Shown in pieces: positions 52,148 through 55,577 of a stretch of DNA of 55,577 bases. The position numbers were made by a program, and so were the translations under genes. Origin of the DNA: a virus; IMG/VR virus record IMGVR_UViG_3300029681_000005; one strand, 5' to 3'. The notes beneath the pieces were generated by a model that had not been told where the DNA came from, did not search any database, and saw only the letters and a list, made by a program, of their open reading frames with translations. Numbering within the stretch: position 1 is the first letter of the stretch; every line of letters starts with the position of its first letter.

Positions 52148-53029
52148 TCAATCCTCCAAGAAATCTTCTTGATTCATAACTTGATTTACAATTCGTTCTG
52201 TGCATTCTTTGATAACCGTAGACGCGGGGACATTATCTTCATAAGCTATGTTTTCATATTGTGCTCTTGCATATTCAAAGAACCTTTTAGAAAGTATGTC
52301 TGCATCCGCACGGCACAACGGCTTTAGTTCGTATTGCAACGGAAATCTTCTTGTAAGTGCAGGGTCAAGCCTATCAAATCGATTTGTCGTTCCAATAATA
52401 ATGACATTGTTCGGCAATCTATCCATTTCTTGCATAATCGCAATAACCACACGGTTCATTTCCCCAACGTCATCTTTTTGCCCACGAGCCATTCCGACCG
52501 CATCTATTTCATCAAAACAAAGAACGCAAGGAACGGTTCTCACATAATCAAAAATTCTTGCAAGGTTAGATTGTGTTTGCCCTAAGTGCGAATCAACTAG
52601 ATTTGAAAATTGAATCCTCAAAAACGGAAGTTTTGCTTTATGTGCGATATACCTAGCCAGCATGGTTTTTCCGCATCCGCTTTGCCCATAAAGCATCAAT
52701 GCTGGCAAATAAGGAATGCCAATTTCGTTCAATTTTTCAGATGCTCGATAAATAGCAACGATTTTCTGCGTTATACTTTTTTCTTCGTTCCTGAGAAGGA
52801 ATCTTGCTTCTGGAAATTCTTCTGTATCCTCTGCGATCAAAAGATGCTGCAAGTTATATGGCAATTCAATAAATTCTCTTTTGCTTTCCAACTTACGAAA
52901 CATATTTTCTTTGAACTGCTCATCTTTTTTGGATGATATAGAATTCAAAATGATTTTAACAGCTTTTTGTGCGTTTCGCATATCGCCATCGCAAACAAAT
53001 CGAATAAGGTGTCGTTCACTATCATTCAT
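52148..53029 (-). CDS. Classical-clade AAA+ ATPase (293 aa) with an unknown N-terminal domain of about 110 aa
   Basis: Walker A GQSGCGKT, Walker B VLCFDEID, second region of homology TTNRFDRLDPALTRRF. Confidence 0.8.
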   Translation of the reverse strand: MNDSERHLIRFVCDGDMRNAQKAVKIILNSISSKKDEQFKENMFRKLESKREFIELPYNLQHLLIAEDTEEFPEARFLLRNEEKSITQKIVAIYRASEKLNEIGIPYLPALMLYGQSGCGKTMLARYIAHKAKLPFLRIQFSNLVDSHLGQTQSNLARIFDYVRTVPCVLCFDEIDAVGMARGQKDDVGEMNRVVIAIMQEMDRLPNNVIIIGTTNRFDRLDPALTRRFPLQYELKPLCRADADILSKRFFEYARAQYENIAYEDNVPASTVIKECTERIVNQVMNQEDFLED

Positions 53030-53594
53030 CTAGTAAATCCTCCAACTCAATCTTCCCATCTGCCGCAGCAGCAGCCAGAGCGTATACGAACTGCCCGATG
53101 GTCATTCCGTGCCGTCTGGCTTCACGGTTGATGTACTTGCGTTCTTCCTCGCTCATAAGGATGGTAATGCGCTTAGAACGCTTGCCATCACCGCTTGCAA
53201 CGCCCTGATGCGATTCCGGAATCGGGATTTTTTTCTTTGTCAACCCAGCTTCGGTTAATGCGCCAGAAACATCGCCTTGTTCGATAAGGCGTTGAACTTC
53301 TTTCGCTTGTTTCAGTTTCTTTGGCTTACTTTCGCCTAACACGGCATCACTTGGCTGTCTTTTGCTGTCTTTGGCTTGCTTCGGCTTAATGCTGCTTAAT
53401 TCCGCTTCACTTGGCTGTGCATGGCTGTCTGTGGCATCACTTGGCTTAATTTGCTCCTGTTCGGCATTATTCGGCTTTGTTTGGCTTACTTCTTCTTCCT
53501 TTGGCTCACTTCGGCTTAATGTCTGTTCCGAAAAAACAGGCTGGAAGTCAAACCCGCCAAGCAGACCCGTTGATTTTTTACTGGTTGACTTCAT
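53022..53594 (-). CDS. Ribbon-helix-helix DNA-binding protein (190 aa) with a repetitive disordered N-terminus: candidate centromere-binding or regulator protein
   Basis: Start moved to MKSTSKK (GGAGG 9 nt upstream). C-terminus RITILMSEEERKYINREARRHGMTIGQFVYALA. 8-nt overlap with the AAA+ start. Confidence 0.6.
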   Translation of the reverse strand: MKSTSKKSTGLLGGFDFQPVFSEQTLSRSEPKEEEVSQTKPNNAEQEQIKPSDATDSHAQPSEAELSSIKPKQAKDSKRQPSDAVLGESKPKKLKQAKEVQRLIEQGDVSGALTEAGLTKKKIPIPESHQGVASGDGKRSKRITILMSEEERKYINREARRHGMTIGQFVYALAAAAADGKIELEDLLDE

Positions 53595-53595
53595 T

Positions 53596-53844
53596 TTACA
53601 TTTCCTCCACTTTCTTCGGAAGCTCACGAATTGGCATCCAGTATTCAATTTCTCCCGGCTTAAACTGTTTTACGATTCCTCGATTGTTCCACCATAACCA
53701 TTTCCAATAATAGCCAATATAAATGTTCCCGTCTTTGTCAGCCAACAAAACTTCTTTCTTCTCTTTTGGTAAATCCCATTCATAGTTTGTTGGTGCCCAT
53801 TTTTGAAACTTTGTTGTGTCCATAACTGCCACAAGAACGTCCAT
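53596..53844 (-). CDS. DUF551-like protein (82 aa)
   Basis: W-rich; ...EIEYWMPIRELP; weak RBS. Confidence 0.45.
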   Translation of the reverse strand: MDVLVAVMDTTKFQKWAPTNYEWDLPKEKKEVLLADKDGNIYIGYYWKWLWWNNRGIVKQFKPGEIEYWMPIRELPKKVEEM

Positions 53845-53921
53845 ATATGCGTCTTTTTCTTCCTTGCTTTTAGCTCCAGCCTAATAGCAAGAAATTTCGC
53901 TCTGAACGATTTCACCGTCAA

Positions 53922-54194
53922 TCAGTCGCATTTTGTGTCCTCCTCATTATATATTAAATCGTAAAATCCTCCATCCTCTCCAATATAAAAAGAGCCATCT
54001 TCCCAATATGCTCCACATTGGTTGGCGCAGGCTGCGGTCATTGGGTCTCCGCCACCAGCTCCTTTTGTTGTCGTGTATCGTTTTGACAACTTTCCGCTTT
54101 TGGTCACTTTATATTCACGAGATATTTGTATGAATTCAGAAACGACAATCTCTCCGCCGCACAATGGGCAGCAAGTACGAAGCTTCCCTTTCAT
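53922..54194 (-). CDS. Zinc-ribbon protein (90 aa)
   Basis: CCPLCGG ... CANQCG; ATGA overlap with the parA stop. Confidence 0.55.
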   Translation of the reverse strand: MKGKLRTCCPLCGGEIVVSEFIQISREYKVTKSGKLSKRYTTTKGAGGGDPMTAACANQCGAYWEDGSFYIGEDGGFYDLIYNEEDTKCD

Positions 54195-54961
54195 TTTGCA
54201 TCCCCCTCCGCAATCATCTTTGCCAAAGCCTTGAAATCCTCTGCGCTGGTACTCTTTGCTGTGTCACCGCTAAACAGGCTGTGACGCTCTGCCTGTGCCT
54301 TACGAACGCCCATAGACGGTCTAATCTTCACGTCAAGCAGCTTTGTTCCCATGCTTTGTGCAATCACAGGGAGCTGTTCCACAACCTCTTTGGACAGGTT
54401 CTCACGGCTCTTGTACTGGTTCAGAAGCAGACCCTCAATCTTCAAGGTCGGGTTGAAGTATCTGCGAACGTCACCGATGGTCTGTGAAAGTTGGCTCAAT
54501 CCGGCAAGCGCATATCGGTCTGCTGTAATAGGCACGATGATGCTGTTGGCGGCGATCAGAGCGTTTACAAGTGCAAGGCCGAGCTGCGGGGGAGTGTCCA
54601 AAACAATGTAATCGTACCGTTCAGACACGGATTCCAGCGCTTCACGCAGCCGAAAGTTCTTACCAATGTCCCGGACAAGCTGCTCGTCAATGTCTTTCAA
54701 TGCGTTGTCTGACGGCAGAATGTCACCGGCTTCGCAGTGCTGGATTCCTTCTTCTACCGTTCCCTGCCGGGTCATTACATCGAACAGGGTACAAACATCC
54801 TCTGTCTGCGCGCCGTAGGTGTCCGTTGCGTTGCACTGGGCATCGCAATCCACCAGCAACACCTTCTTGCCAAGCAGCTGCAACGCGCCAGCCAGACAGG
54901 TGCTTGTGGTGGTCTTTCCTGTGCCGCCCTTCTGGTTGGCGACAGCTATAATTTTTGCCAT
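54191..54961 (-). CDS. parA: ParA/Soj-type partition ATPase
   Basis: Deviant Walker A NQKGGTGKTT; LLVDCDAQ; IVLDTPP. Confidence 0.85.
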   Translation of the reverse strand: MAKIIAVANQKGGTGKTTTSTCLAGALQLLGKKVLLVDCDAQCNATDTYGAQTEDVCTLFDVMTRQGTVEEGIQHCEAGDILPSDNALKDIDEQLVRDIGKNFRLREALESVSERYDYIVLDTPPQLGLALVNALIAANSIIVPITADRYALAGLSQLSQTIGDVRRYFNPTLKIEGLLLNQYKSRENLSKEVVEQLPVIAQSMGTKLLDVKIRPSMGVRKAQAERHSLFSGDTAKSTSAEDFKALAKMIAEGDAK

Positions 54962-54976
54962 TTTATCACTCTTTCT

Positions 54977-55577
54977 TTACTCAATATAATCAAATCCGAA
55001 TGTCGCAAACTTACTTAACTGCGAATCCTTGATAACTGTCCGAAGATACGCTTCCGGCACTTCAACATCTAGCTTGCCTTTCACAGCCATCTCGTATGCG
55101 TTCTGCACAATATTTATAACGGCAGCTTTCTTCTTTTCTTTACGAATATTCGGATATTCAGACTTCAACCGCCTTGCCACAGACCTTGCTATACTTGCAC
55201 ACTGTTTTTCATCAACGCCAGGAATCAGGCTTTCCCAGTCAATATCTTCGTATGCGCCATTTCTAGGGCTTTTGACTGGTTTTTCGCTTTCGGAAGCATC
55301 TCTTAAAGGCGTTGTCTCAATCTCGCTAGATTCGGCATCTATGATGGGCTCAGAGCGCTTCATCTTTACGTCAAAAATAATTGATACCGTCTTATGCCCA
55401 ACCATCCGCTTTTTGTACGACACTGAAATATCAGAGATGTCATTAATTTCAGCAACGGCAACGTCCAAGACCTTTACTCTGAAGAACTTAAACTGGTCGT
55501 AGCTATTTGCTGTTGCGCCAAGCTGTTCTTTTAGCTTCTTGACGCTGATTTCATGTCCCTTTGACCCCATGTTCATC
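54977..55577 (-). CDS. rep: Rep_3-like initiator, C-terminal part (joins 1..560 across the junction; 55479-55577 duplicates 1-99)
   Basis: Tracked ORF ...YDQFKFFRVKVLDVAVAEINDISDISVSYKKRMVGHKTVSIIFDV; stop at 54977. Confidence 0.8.
   Translation of the reverse strand, partial: MNMGSKGHEISVKKLKEQLGATANSYDQFKFFRVKVLDVAVAEINDISDISVSYKKRMVGHKTVSIIFDVKMKRSEPIIDAESSEIETTPLRDASESEKPVKSPRNGAYEDIDWESLIPGVDEKQCASIARSVARRLKSEYPNIRKEKKKAAVINIVQNAYEMAVKGKLDVEVPEAYLRTVIKDSQLSKFATFGFDYIE
55479..55577. repeat. Right copy of the 99-bp terminal overlap
   Basis: Identical to 1-99. Confidence 0.9.

Noticed and set aside
1-55577. Retron, DGR or other reverse-transcriptase-based system
   Set aside because: No ORF in any frame shows reverse-transcriptase motifs (no YxDD-type segment was seen in the track). 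No template/variable repeat pair was noticed in the fibre genes.

Overview
The first 99 nt are identical to the last 99 nt (55479-55577), so the window is one complete circular replicon of about 55,478 bp. A replication-initiator ORF closes in frame across the junction. The content reads as a phage-plasmid of a Gram-positive (Bacillota or Clostridia-like) host, judged from AGGAGG ribosome-binding sites and RecU-, GH25- and LL-H-holin-type genes. It carries a full siphovirus-type packaging, head, tail and lysis block (28084-47716, plus strand) and a long early region. That region holds a cI/cro-like switch, a Sak4-like ATPase, an SSB-like protein, nucleases, a truncated C5-methyltransferase-like gene, Lar, and a replisome organizer with a DnaB helicase. 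It also carries a plasmid maintenance operon on the minus strand: a Rep_3-like initiator with iterons, ParA and an RHH protein. No integrase is visible; the only recombinase is a 191-aa small serine recombinase. There is one tRNA(CAT). The parts not explained by standard phage biology are: (1) a 1.8-kb non-coding hub (18380-20207) with several repeat families; (2) a GC-rich minus-strand module (20208-22298) with a 44-bp composite palindrome; (3) a six-gene cassette of Cys-rich, low-complexity and membrane proteins after the lysis genes (48480-51549); (4) an AT-rich AAA+ ATPase plus unknown partner coupled to the RHH gene (51598-53594); (5) a tRNA-like element and structured spacer between terL and portal. 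All family names come from motif recognition by eye; no searches were run.
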